Below are positions 1-12,935 of a stretch of 64,000 nt of DNA, piece after piece (the first letter of the stretch is position 1; each line of letters opens with the position of its first letter). The stretch is from Octopus vulgaris (taxonomy: Eukaryota). The translations under genes and the position numbers were made by a program. The stretch covers positions 111,166,001 through 111,230,000 of the forward strand of contig OX597818.1 in assembly GCA_951406725.2 (NCBI GenBank). Reading direction: 5' to 3'. Below the pieces are notes generated by a model. It was not told the DNA's origin. It searched no databases and worked only from the letters and a program-made list of their open reading frames with translations.

Positions 1-1370
1 CTTTAACTGATAACCATTTACAGATGCCCAATTTTTTCATATATACAACATGATGGCGACTGTGAATATAGTTTAGCTCCAAGTTGGCTCTGATAGATCA
101 AACCCTTGAGCAGCCCAAATTTTTTTTTCAGTTCAAGATTGTAAAAAAAAACACAAAAACAAACAGGTTAATCATGGGTAGAATGTCATTTTACAAGTTT
201 TACTTGGAGGCTGACGCCAGTGTTGTCTCACTGCCACCTGTGCTGGTGGCAAGTAAAAAGCACCATACAAGCATTGAGCCTCATGGAGGCAGTGACAGAT
301 GACCAAAAGTCTTGGTAATATACTGTGCTTGTGTTAACTTGTCAAGCCAAGTGAGACCATAGTCATGGCTGATGCCAGTGTCAGGTCAATGCCACCTGTG
401 CCGGTGACACATAAAAAGTACCCATACACTCTCAGAGTGGTTGATGTTAGGAAGAGCATCCAATCATAGAAACCTTGCTAAATCAGATTGGAACCTGGTG
501 CAGACCCCCTGGCTTACCAGTTTTCAGTTAAACCATCCAACCCATGCCAGCATGGAAAGCAGACATTAAATGATGATGATGATGATGATGAAGGCTAATT
601 TGGAACTAAACAGTTATACTTCTTGCCAACTAAATGCCAGAGTCTTAGTTACTTTGGCTAGTATCTATCAAGCTAGTTGTCACTCAGTTCTATTATCACC
701 TAGCTGGCTGTCATCTGATTGCCACTGCCATGTGTACATATATTTTGGTTAGGCTTGAAATAGGGATATTTAATTCTAACACAAAGTTAATTTCAGTATT
801 AGTTTATCTTCTTTCACTTGGTTCTTTCTTGCATATATCCCTATATTTCAATGAAGCAAAGTATTATTTATCCCAGGCAAAAAACAATGGGTCAGGTACT
901 TGTGATATTAATGTTTTTCTCAGTTAACTAAACATGAATTACCTAAGATTAGAAGTGCCCTTCTACAGATCATTACCAAAGTGTATGAAACAGTATTGAT
1001 TGTGTTGATGGTTGATTCAGTCTACATCTTCTGTCTGAGAAGACCTGTCAAACCAAGTGAGATCATAGTTGTGACTGATGCCAGTGTTTTGTAACTGGTA
1101 CCCATGCCAGTGGAATGTAAAAAGCACCCACTACACTCTTGGAGTGGTTGGCATTAGTAAGGATATCCAGTCATAGAAAACATGCCAAATTAGACTGGAA
1201 CCTGGTGCAGCTCCCCAGATTACCAGTTTTCAGTCAAATACCAACTCATACCAACATGGGAAACAGACATTAAATGATGATGATCATCATCATGATCATC
1301 CAAGAATAAAATAAGAAAACGATTACTTTATAATTTTCATAGCATTAATAATATGTTTAATCAAACATAC

Positions 1371-1476
1371 GATAAAATTCCAATCTGCTTTCTTCAGAAC
1401 ATATTCTGCTTCACCATTTGTATAATGATATCTTTCTCGTAACACATAAAACAGATCAAGATGTGATTCTGGTTCA
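1371..1476 (-). CDS. Multi-UBA protein exon, UBA-like repeat 3
   Basis: tttttcttctag acceptor, phase 2; EPESHLDLFYVLRERYHYTNGEAEYVLKKADWNFI then a gtatgt donor at the homologous phase-0 position; read-through to a stop at 1323 is an alternative. Confidence 0.75.
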
Positions 1477-2351
1477 CTAGAAGAAAAACATATACATATA
1501 AAAATGTGTATAATATAATATATTACATTACCTAATATATATATAAACATACTAAGTTACTTTATCCTTGTCAGTTAAAAGGATTCTTTAACAAAAAATC
1601 ACTTTAACCTGTTTAGTACCAACAAATGTGAGACTGTCCCTAACCCTACAACCAAAATTTAATGCTATTTCATGTCCCAATGACCAGCTTAACAAGAATA
1701 AAGATATTTTCCTGAATTTTTCAAGAATTTCAAAATTAACTGTAGCAAAGGATGAATATTTCAACACAAAAATGGTAACAAAAGCATGAAACTTACAACT
1801 CTACTGACTCATGGGACTACATGACTGCTAAAAATATGTACAGGATTGTCTTAATAAGTTGTCTCCTATCAGATAAATGACCTCATTTGACATTACATTC
1901 AATGTGAAACTTCACAACATACATACATTGAAGGTTCGTGGCTTAGTGATTAGGGCACTCAGCAAACAATTGTAAAGTTGTGAGTTCAATTTCTGGCAGC
2001 ACATTGCATCCTTGAGCAAAACACTATATTTTGAGGTGCTCTGTTCCATTCAGCTAGCAAATATGATCTGTACTTGTAATTCAAAGAGCCAGCCTTGTTA
2101 CATTCTATGTCAAGCTGAATCTCCCTGAGAACTAAAGTTAAGTGTGCATGTGTCTGCGGAGTACTCAGCTATTTGTGTTAATTTCATGAGCAGGCTGTTT
2201 CATTGATTGAATCAACTGGAAGACTCATTGTTATAATTGACGGAGTGCCAGACAGATATGAATCAATTTAGTATAATATTTATAATACAGTATAATAACT
2301 TATAATGTATTGAAACGAAATAAGTGAGACAGAAATGTGTATTTTACTTAC

Positions 2352-2485
2352 GGTCCAGTATCTTCATAGTATCTGCATACAACTTGGTCATCAACAATAT
2401 CAATATACTGAGAGGGATATCTTTTCATCTGCTCAGCTGCATTAGAAACCTCCATATTATCTAATTCAGCAAGGTTTTGAGCAAC
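2352..2485 (-). CDS. Multi-UBA protein exon (helix 3 of repeat 2 plus linker)
   Basis: ttgaag acceptor, gtaagt donor, 134 nt, phase 0 to 2; VAQNLAELDNMEVSNAAEQMKRYPSQYIDIVDDQVVCRYYEDTG(P). Confidence 0.75.
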
Positions 2486-3466
2486 CTTCAATACACAGAA
2501 ATGAAAATAGATAAGATATAAAATTTATGTAACTATAATAGTAATCTAGTATAATATATAACTATAATCTAGTACAGGTGCATAAACACACCTGTGCCAG
2601 AGACACATAAAAAGCATCCAACACACTCTAAGTGATTGGCATTAGGAAGGGCATCGAGCCATAGAAACCAAACCACAACAAACAATTGGAGTCTGGACAG
2701 TTCCCAGCTGGCCAGATTCATGTCAAACCATCCAATCCATGCCAGCATGGAAAATGGAAATGATGATGATGACGATGATAAAGACAAGATCTAAATAATG
2801 GTCATTACATATTTTTCCTTTATTGGGGTAAATTTGGCTTACAACTGTTTCCTGTAGTCATTATAGGTTCGTTACTGATAGGTTTGTTCAACTGATCAAT
2901 GATCAGTTGAGAAAAGTTGAATGACTTTAAAAATTAATGCTACTTTCTGTCAGAGCCATTTATGACATGCATGAGGGGTGGAGAGAAGAGAGGGAGGAAG
3001 TGAAAGAGGGATAAGAGGAAAGGGGAAGACAAGTGATGATTTGGAAGAGAAGGACTAAGGTGAAGAGAAGGAAAGGAAAGAAGAGAAGAAGGAATACAAA
3101 GAGTAGGGGAGAGGCGGATTTCAATAGAAGTGGGATAAGATAGCTGAAATTGAGGAAAGGACAGTCACAAAACATAAAGTGTTTGTAGTTGAGTCATCAT
3201 ATAAGAACATACTTGCATTGTTTTTAGGTTAGATATTCTCCAAATACTGTTACATTTCAGGATAGTCGTCTTATTTATTATTATTATTTTATTTTTGCCA
3301 AATAAACACACAAACTATATATATATATATTTTCTTTACTTGTTTATTATTGTTATTTTATTATTTTTATTATTTTGATGCCTGTACATTGTCCAGAAAT
3401 CTTTTGTTGCACATCTATGGCCTCTTTAATAAATGAAAATAGATAAGACATAAAATTTATGTAACT

Positions 3467-3761
3467 AATTGCAGCATGGAAGATGTTTGTAAGCCATTTA
3501 AGAAACACACAAAAGCTGTTCAATTCACTTCAACATTTGAGTTTAATTTGTCAAAATATTTTCGTCGCTTTAAGACCGCGACCTGTTCACTGACAAAAAA
3601 GCGACGAAAATATTTTGACAAATTAAACTTAAATGTTGAAGTGAATCGAACAGCTTTTGTGTGTTTCTTAAATGGCTTACAAACACCTTCCATGCTGCAA
3701 TTGCTTCCGTTTCAGCACACGATCTCAGATCAAATCACTTGCTATGCAAGTACATCTCCGT
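3467..3761 (-). mobile_element. Penelope-type pLTR-like insertion with a partial inverted duplication
   Basis: ~105-bp inverted arms (3467-3571, 3598-3702), 13-14-bp TSD aatttatgtaact(a) at 3454 and 3762, embedded hammerhead variant. Confidence 0.6.
3544..3597 (-). ncRNA. Minimal type I hammerhead-like ribozyme with G3-C8 core variant
   Basis: Minus strand: TTTGTCA-GTGAACA-G-GTCGC(ggtcttaaa)GCGAC-GAAA-A(ta)T-TT^-TGACAAA; 7-bp stem I, 5-bp stem II, palindromic AATATT stem III. Confidence 0.6.
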
Positions 3762-5549
3762 AATTTATGTAACTATAATAGTAAAAAAAAAATAATCATA
3801 ATAAATAAAATGACCATCCCAAAGTATAGCAATATCTGTTTCAACACATGATTTTACATCAGGAATCTTGCAAACTGAATTGATATTCTCTAAATGTTGA
3901 GATGAAATCTGATATGGGTGATCTACACACATGGTCAACTTAAATCTTGAATATTTGGTCATTTGTACTATCATGCATAATGAGGGAATTGTATTAGCAA
4001 ATGAATGAAATATCAGCAGTAACCATATTGTGAGGGGGAGGCTGAGAAAGCTTTGGTGAGCTTGGATATACATTAAAGACAGAGGGAGAAATGTGAGGTG
4101 AAAATAAAGATAAAATCAAGTTAAGTTATTTAAAGCCAAATAAAATTGGAGGTCAGATATAATTTCAAATTAAAACTGAATTAAAGAAATTTTAAAATTT
4201 AAACCATTAAAGCAATTATGGATAAAAAAAATAAAATTTAAATTTATAAAATTAACATTAAAACACAGAACTAAAAGAATTTTACAAAATAAAAGGTAAT
4301 ACTAAAACAATAACAATAATAATAAATGTTTCTACTATAGGCACAAGGCCTGAAATTTGTGGGGAGGGGACTAGTCGATTACATCGATCCCAATATTCAA
4401 CTGGTACTTGATTTATGAACACCAAAAGGATCAAAGGTAAAGTCGACCTCAGCAGAATTTGAACTCAGAACCAACAACAACAACAAAGTAAATCAATAAA
4501 ATAAAATAAAAATTTAAGAAATTTAAAAGGTTGTAAAATTTAAGGAAATTAAAAAAAACACATACCCAAACACATAAAAAATTAGGTAACTTACATTTAA
4601 CCTTTAGGCATTATACCCATCCCAACCAGTGTCTCTCGCTTTAGTATTAAAGTTATCTAGGGAACCTACTGAAGGATTTATTATAGGAAAGCTTACAGCG
4701 TATCACTACTTCTTGCCTATGATTAATAAGGTTACTCTCAGAGATATGTAATTATTACTCAAGGAGGGATACTCAGCTAGCTACGCATCAAGTCAAGGAT
4801 ACTTTAATTATATGAAAGCTACATGAATCTATCTGGGCTCATTCATAGCCAAAAACCTAACTCAGTTGTATAAAGTATAAATGCCAAACTGTACAGCAGT
4901 TACAACAAATGCAATATTTGCAATGCAAAAGTCTTATCTATTATGTAATGCAGCAACTGCATTAATAAGCAAAATGACCTTATTCTTAATTGTAAACATA
5001 AGTTATGCCACACATTCTTAAGGTACAAATGATAGTGCCCTCCACAATAATTCCCTGTGAATTTATAACACATTTTTAACTATCTTTTAACATATTTCCA
5101 TGACTTTGTGGTCTCTTTATATTTTCCTCTTTGCATATTGGGGTGAGCATGCATATATAAATACACCCTCTGTGTACACATATATACTTATGTTGATACT
5201 ACAGGTGTGGAGTCAGTGTATGTGTGTTTGTATGGGTGCATGACTGTGTAAATCTACTGTGAGGTTAGAAACAACCAACTTTGCCAGTGCCTACTCTACA
5301 TCATTATCTTTACCTATCCTTACCTTATATTCCTAACAACCATTATTTCCCCTTAAAGACGACTCTCTATGCTTATCTGCCTCTCTTCTCTTTCCTAACA
5401 ACTCCACCTGATTCCCATCACTCCTAAATATTCGACCTCTTCCTTTTTCCTTGACAATTTCATTTCTTCCAACATTTTTTTTTTTAATTCTATGTACATG
5501 TGTGTGCACGGGTGCACCAATGTATTTGTTTGCTACTGACCTAATAAAG

Positions 5550-6990
5550 TGGCCCCCACTATAATATCTATAACAACTTTCTCTTTCCTTAAAGTCAATA
5601 ACTATCTACTCTATATGAGGAAAAATTTCATATATACTTTTACCCAGTTAGGCCTCAAAATTACTGTAACCACTAATCTCTCTGAAGTTGATTTCTTAGA
5701 TAATTCCCTAGAGTTAAACTTGTTCTCTAATAAGGTCTATCATAAAGTAACTGAGAAACTCATGTATATCCATAGACAGTCCTGTCACCCCACTTAGCAT
5801 TTCAAAACTTTACAGCCAACATCAATAACAGGGTGTTTAATTTCTCCTTTTCTAAGGAAATATTTGTAAAACAACCCATAATATAATATCCTGGCTAACA
5901 ATCGCTTCAAAGATAAGATGCCTTACAACCAATTAAAAATATGAAACATAAAATACACTCAGGAAAATAATATGGTTCTCCCCACACACCCACAAACTTT
6001 CTCTTTGAATGTTATGACTAATGTAGGTAAAAAATTCCTTACTTTAATAGAAAGGCATTTCCTAGTAAACAATAAATACAAGAAAATTAAATTTTTAATA
6101 GACATTCAGAGAAAATTTCATTCACATGCTTCCCAAGTATGAAAAACATATCACTTGCAGGTCACACCAAGAATTCACTCCAAGTTCTCTTGAGACTCTG
6201 AAGCTTGCCTACTCAATCACACATGTTTGACCAACTCAGTGGTTTATGAAGCCAAAGTCACTGTAGTGCTCCAAAGTAAGGAATTCCAAAAGAAAAATTA
6301 CTATTTTTTTTTACTTGCTTCAATCATCTGACTTTGGCCATGCTGGAGCACTGCCTTGAAGAATTTTTAGTCAAATGAATTGACTCCAGGAATTATTTTT
6401 TCAAACCCGGCACTTATTCTATTGGTCCTTTTTTTTTTGCCAATCTACTAAATGACTTGAATATAAACACACCAACATTGGTTGTCAAGTGGTGGACAAG
6501 CACAAACACACACACACATACACGCATATATATATACGATGGGCTTCTTTCAGTTTTCATCTATCAAATCTACTCATAAGGCTTTGGTTGGCCCGAGGCT
6601 ATAGTAGAAGACACTTGCTCAAGGTGCAATGCAGTGTGAGTGAACCTGGAACCAAGTAGTTGGGAAGCAAATTTTGTAGCACACAACCATGTTGGTTTAG
6701 GTAAAACAAATTTCAAAAAAAGATACAAAAGCCAGTGGTTTCCTTTTCAGCATATATGTAAGAATAAAGCTACAAAGTTAACTAGTCATATATGGGAACT
6801 GAAGGTCAACACACCACACATAATCAAGTGGAACATGGTGGTGTGATCAATGCTATATATAAATGGATCAAAGAGATGCAGGCTTTGTGTAGCTGAAAAT
6901 CTCATATTCTTTTTAGATCCAACAACTCCATGAACCTAGTAAATTCCAACTCCAACATATTTAGTAACTGTAAACACATGGACAAATTTC
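5550..6990 (+). mobile_element. Degenerate Penelope-like element (RT thumb plus GIY-YIG endonuclease), interrupted by a SINE at about 6305-6690
   Basis: Fragmented frames: LGLKITVTTNLSEVDFLD...YIHRQSCHP; GKTNFKKRY...TKLTSHIWELK...IKW; KRCRLC...; many stops and frameshifts. Confidence 0.75.
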
Positions 6991-7522
6991 TCATTGAACT
7001 GGAAGATTCTACCCTCTTTGGATAAAACATGCAGTCTCACAGACATCAGCTTCCTCCTTATTGACATAGTTTACATATGCTATATTAATTCTGATTCAAA
7101 CACCATCAACATTAATTCTGATTTCAACAGGCAAAGGGGATCCATTAGTCTTGCCAGTGATGTGTGAAACCTCTCCGGTGCTGGTGACATTATAAAACAC
7201 ACCTAGCACACACTGTAAAGAGGTTGTCATAAGCAAGGACATCCAAACCAAAAATTAAAACTTCAAGTGTGATATGGTCCCCTGGATCCACTAGGAGTGG
7301 TGAACCATCCAATCCATGCCAGTTTAAAACAATGTAAATAAAGACCTTGATTTTAGTACTTAATCTGGTACCTATTTTATCAACCCCTATTTATCTGATG
7401 TTCCACAACAAATTGAGTTAGAATCATTTGTGAACAAAAATGCTACAAAGTATTGGTACTGACTTATACCGGATCACATATGCACACACACATACACACA
7501 CACTCACTCACTCACACACAGA

Positions 7523-7575
<53 letters not shown>

Positions 7576-7806
7576 ACAGACTTCCACACAGGTTCCATTT
7601 CTCAAATTTCATTCACAAATCATTGTTCAACTGAAGACCCCTGGTGTAAGCTACTGACCCAAAGTGTGACTGGGTGGAATTGAACCCAGAATACATCTGT
7701 GAAAAGGACTTTTTAACCACACAGTCATACTTTCCATCATTATTTTTCATTATACAATTCACCTCGATTCAGAATATATAATCAGCATGGTAAATATCAA
7801 CAGTAC

Positions 7807-7909
7807 CTGTAAATTCCAATTACATTTATCCAAAAAGAACTTAGCTTTGCCCACATCCAGTCTTGGAAGTTTTCCAATTAAGGCGTCCATTTTCATTTCC
7901 TTGTCATCC
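7807..7909 (-). CDS. Multi-UBA protein exon, UBA-like repeat 2
   Basis: ttacag acceptor, gtactg donor, phase 2 to 0; DDKEMKMDALIGKLPRLDVGKAKFFLDKCNWNLQ (AKFFL and W at the same positions as in p47). Confidence 0.82.
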
Positions 7910-9977
7910 CTGTAATTAATTTTTTTAAAAAATCAAATAACATTATTTGTAGTTTAATTTTTTTCACACAGGAAAATTATACAAACGTTTTCTGAAAAAT
8001 AAACTTTGACACATGAACATTCTATTTCAAGAGAGATTTCTCTTAATATCAAACATAGTATGAAAACCAATAAAAGAAAATTTGTCAGTATTCCAAAATA
8101 TATCTATGTTTAACCTTTTAATATTTAAACCAGCCATATGTGGCCCAAATATTCTACCTGCTTTATGTTCAAACTAGCCAGATCTGGCCTCTCACACCTA
8201 CCTAACAACGTCATTCTAAGACTAAACAATTACATCATTGAAATCTTGAAGCTTTTGAGATAATGCATGACCCATTCAAAACAACAGAGATAAATAAGGA
8301 TTACATTTAACAGTAATCTGAATGGTAAAGTGTTAAACCATAGTTTTTGACTCATTTAGCAAGACTATATCGTTGCTATTATGCAAAATTGCTGTAAATC
8401 CAAAACATTGCTTTTTCAGAAAATGAAAAAATAGTTTCACCATTCCATAGCAAAACTGTTGTACTACACTTTCACAATTTTTGATATATTGGTATCTGAG
8501 GTAGCTGGAGATATGACATTTTGACCAAAAGAACTAGCTACTGCAAACAAAAATAAATATTGAAAAAAAAAAAAAAAACGCATTCGGTCAAATTTGAACA
8601 TATGACAGTTTAACATAATAGCAACAATATGTTCTTTTAAATAAATAGGTATTCTTCAGAATAATAAATTTTAAGCATATGTGGTACGAATAGATGAGGA
8701 CAGCTGTGTGAAAAAGTGTCACACCCTAGCAGTTGAGGGAATCTGTGGAAGAGGTAGACCCAGGAAGACCTAGAATGAGGAGGTCTCACAACCTTCGAAC
8801 ATTGAGCCTCACCAAGGCAATGACTAGTGACCAAGACCTTTGGAAATATGCTGTGTTTGAGAAGACCCGGCAAGTTAAGTGAGACCATAACCCATGGCCT
8901 ATGCCAGCGGTGTAACTAGCCTACTTATGCGTTGCTTGCAAAGACCTATCGAGGCAAGTGAAATCACAATCAAAATCAAATTCACAGACATAGCCAATAA
9001 CAGCACCACCTGACTGACACCCATGCCAGTGGAATGTTAAAAGCACCATCCGAACATGATCGTTGCCAGGGCTGCTGACTGGCTCCTGTGCCGGTGGCAT
9101 ATAAAAAGCACCATTCAAGTGTGATCGTTACCAGCATGGCCTTACTGGCTCCTGTGCAGGTGGCACATAAAAAACACCATTTGAGCGTGGCCGTCACCAG
9201 TACCACCTGACTGGCCCTCGTGCTGGTGGCACGTAAAAGCACCCACTATACTCTCAGAGTGGTTGGAATTAGGAAGAGCTTCCAACCGTAGAAACTCTAC
9301 TAGATCAGATTGGAGCCTGGTGCAGCCATCTGGCTCGCCAGTCCTCAGTCAAACCGTCCAACCCCTGCCAGCATGGAAAGCAGACGTTAAATGATTATGA
9401 TGATGGCATTATGAATCCTACATAACTGTAGAACATACAAGGTTTGAGATTTTATAAGGTTATCCTACAAAAATCTTAGGTCCTTACTTTGATGTGAAGA
9501 CCCAAGGTAACTCGTAAAATTTCTGGAAGTTCATCCTGTTTGCTGAATACAGCAAAAAGTAACTAAATGTTACATTAGAAAATGAGTATATATTTATAAA
9601 GAGAAGAAGAGTTTGTAGCAGAGATTTGAAACTGAACTGCTAGGTAGCCACACTGATATCACAATAAAACCACAGTAGTTTCACATGATTGGTCTATTAA
9701 GCAATCAATCAGCATCAAGGACCGCATGATTCAATCTTCTGGAATCTTCTCCTTATGCCCGTTAAAATGGGTTTTTGGGAGTAATTACAGAACATTGAGG
9801 CAGCCACTGTTGTGTCTCTAGTCTTACCACATCCAGCCAAGGCAAGAATTTTAATTGCCATGAATATAGCACAATTATTTTCAAGTTATGATGGGCCAGT
9901 CACAGATTGCTAAATCAGTAAGTTTGTCATAATCTCCAAGCAGTATGTCTCTCCCAGTATTTAATTATTACTGTTGA

Positions 9978-10882
9978 GATGCAGTTTGGTTTTGTACCAG
10001 GGAAGAGGACCACAAATGCCATCTCCCTAATGAGACAGCTGCAGGAAAAGTATCTGGCCAAAAGTCAGCTGTTGTACTTAGCTTTCATTGACTTGGAGAA
10101 AGCTTTTGACAGAGTTCCTAACTCTGTTATCTGGTGGTCACTAAGGAAGGTAGGAGTAGAGGAGCAGCTTGTTAGGGTTAGAGTTAGAGTCAATCAAGCT
10201 ATGTACAGTGGTACTGTCAGTAAGGAGGAGAATCCACCATGAATAGTGATGAATTTAGCGTACAAGTAGGTGGGTCACCAGGGCTCAGTTCTTAGTCCAC
10301 TCTTATTCAACATAGTCTTCCAGGCCCTAACAGAAAAATTCAAAACTGGATGTCCATGGGAACTACTATACGCTGATGACCTTCCCCTTATTGCAGAATC
10401 TGCAGCAGAACTGGAGAAAAAATTACAGGTACAGGAATGAAACTTGGAATCAAAGAGCCTTAAAGTTACCTTAGCAAAGACCAAAGCTGTTGTTAGCAAC
10501 AGAGCAGATAAAACTCTCTCTTTCCATTAGGTAAATGGCTCTGCTCAATATGTTGGAAAGGAGTGGGAAATAATTCCATTTACTGCACCCAGTGTAAGTT
10601 AGGGACACATAACAGATGCAGTGGAATCACAAGTAGATTAACAGATAGTCACCTTCATATGTGGCAGATATGCAAGGAACAATAAGCACTAAAAGCATAT
10701 AGGACTTAGACTTTCTCAAACGCTCAGGAGGCTATCTTGAGGTAGTAGACAGTTTCTGTTACCTACGTGATCAAATTAGTAATGGTGGAGGAAGCTCTGA
10801 AAGTATTGTTTCTAGAATAAGAATAGGATGGAGGGAGTTCAGAGAGCTACTACCTCTGTTGGCAAGAAAAGGATTCTCTCTC
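9978..10882 (+). mobile_element. RTE-clade LINE reverse transcriptase fragment (pseudogenised)
   Basis: MQFGFVPGKRTTNAI...LAFIDLEKAFDRVP; HQGSVLSPLLF; ELLYADDL; frameshifts. Confidence 0.88.
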
Positions 10883-12140
10883 ATTATGACCTCCATACCT
10901 TGAGGGTACGCCCAGGCACTTTCCACCATTTATCTCTCTCTTCTTTACTCTACCATCCCATCTTATGCTCTGATCCTCATTCCTTGTGAGTATACCTGGC
11001 ACTTTGCCACCACCCGTCTCCTGTGCATTCTCTTGCACACTTGCTGTCTTCCACTCTCTCTGGCTTTCCCTCACTTTTCCCTCTGGTTGGATAACCACAT
11101 ATTCCCTCTACAGCAGTACACGTGTTTCTGCCCTCATTCTTGATCATTCTCTTTCTCTCCTTCTCTTACTCTTCCCTAATCATGTATCTCCTTTACAGCA
11201 GCACACCTACTTTTGTCCTCATTCTTGTTAACTCTCTTTCTCTCTCTCTCTCTGATTGGGTAACCATGTACCTCATCTACAGCAAGACACCCTTCTTCTT
11301 AAAAACTTTTAGCATCTGATATAAGATCACTTCCTCCAATTACTCCTTCCCTCCCAAAAATTCTTTGTCTTGCAAGTTACTTGGAGATCCTGCTAGTGTT
11401 GGTGTTCTGTAAAAAGTATCCAGTCCACACTGTAAAGTGGTTGGCATTTGGAAGGGATCCAGCTGTAAAAACAATGCCACAAAGCTGACCTTGCCTGTGG
11501 CAGTGCCATATAAAAAGCACACAGTCAACTATGTGGGGTGGTTGATGTTAGAAAGGGCATCCAGCCTTAAAAACCAGCCAAAACACACACAGAAGTTTAG
11601 TGTAGTTTTCTGCCAGGCCAGCTCCTATTAAACCATCCAACCCATTCAAGGTAGGCGTTAAACAATGATGATGCTGATGATGTTAGTATTTGTAAAAAAA
11701 CCAACACAGTTAAAACACTATGTGCAATAAAATCTGCTTAATGTTTACAGGTGTTGTTCAGTTATTTCTTCACGCAACCCAAGGAATATATTTTCATTTA
11801 ATCAGTCATTTACCTCATACCAGCCAACAATAACAATAACAGCCCACAAGTCCATTTAATACTGCCATAATATAATTCCTAGCTTCTTCAAAATACTGCT
11901 TTATATCACTGCCTTCATTTTCCCTTCTCCACATAGCTAACTACTGAAATATTTGATCCCACTATATTTTTTCATCCCCACCCCCGCTTCACTATGAAAT
12001 TCAGTTTGTTTACTTGCTTCATTGTGTGTTTTGGTATATCACAATCCATTGAAGCTATGGGGACCTCCAGTTTTTCTTTTCATGAGTGATTACCAGTCCA
12101 TTCTAATATCTCACTGAAACATTCAAAAAATAATACTCAC

Positions 12141-12271
12141 CCTTCATCTCCTTCTTTTAAAAGGATTATTTCATTATCACCTTCAACAGAAACGCACTCC
12201 CCAGGCATAAGAATGTGTTCCTCAGACTCTTTAGATGTATGCTTGACTATTCTCAAGTGTCTGGACAAAGT
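12141..12271 (-). CDS. Multi-UBA protein linker exon
   Basis: ttttgtag acceptor, gtgagt donor, 131 nt, phase 0 to 2, open frame TLSRHLRIVKHTSKESEEHILMPGECVSVEGDNEIILLKEGDE(G); phases fit both neighbours. Confidence 0.65.
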
Positions 12272-12394
12272 CTACAAAACAATATGCATTACACAAGTTA
12301 AACAGAATAATCGAAGAAAATTGATGATTGCCTGCTTCTGCCTACAACAAATGTAAAATGTTCAACGAAAATAATCATTAAGCTAATGATGTCA

Positions 12395-12935
12395 TGTATA
12401 AAACACTTATGCTGGTTCGATGAATAAAGCATCCATACTGATGCCATGTTAAAAGCATCCATGCTAGTGCCATGTAAAAAGCACTGGTGCTGGTGCCATA
12501 CAAAAAGCACTGGTGATGGTGCCACATAAAAAGCACTGGTGATGGTGTCACATAAAAAGCACTGGTGATGGTGCCACATGAAAAGTACTGGTGCTGGCTC
12601 CATGTAAAAAGCACTGGTGTGCCACGTAAAAATCACTGGTGCTCATTTTATATAAAAAGCACTGGTGATGGTTCTGCATATAAAGTACTCATACTGCCAC
12701 ATAAAAAGCACCCAGACCACTGTAAAGTGGTTGGCATTAAGAAGAGCATCCAGCCACAGAAACCATGCCAAAACAGATAATTGGAGCCTGGTACAGCATT
12801 CTGGCTGGTCAGCTCCTCTCAGACCATCCAACCCATGCCAGCATGGAAAATAGATGCTTAATGATAATGACAATGGTGATGACGACGACAATGATGATAA
12901 CAATGGTGATGACGACGACAATGATGATGACAATG
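12395..12935 (+). repeat. RTE-type 3' tail element with a 26-bp tandem array
   Basis: ~12 copies of gccacataaaaagcactggtgatggt followed by the family 3' end ccaacccatgccagcatggaaa and a (GAT/GAC)n tail. Confidence 0.8.

Noticed and set aside
3765-4073. 102-aa minus-strand ORF inside the multi-UBA gene
   Set aside because: No recognisable motif or convincing splice pair, and the flanking exons already join in phase without it
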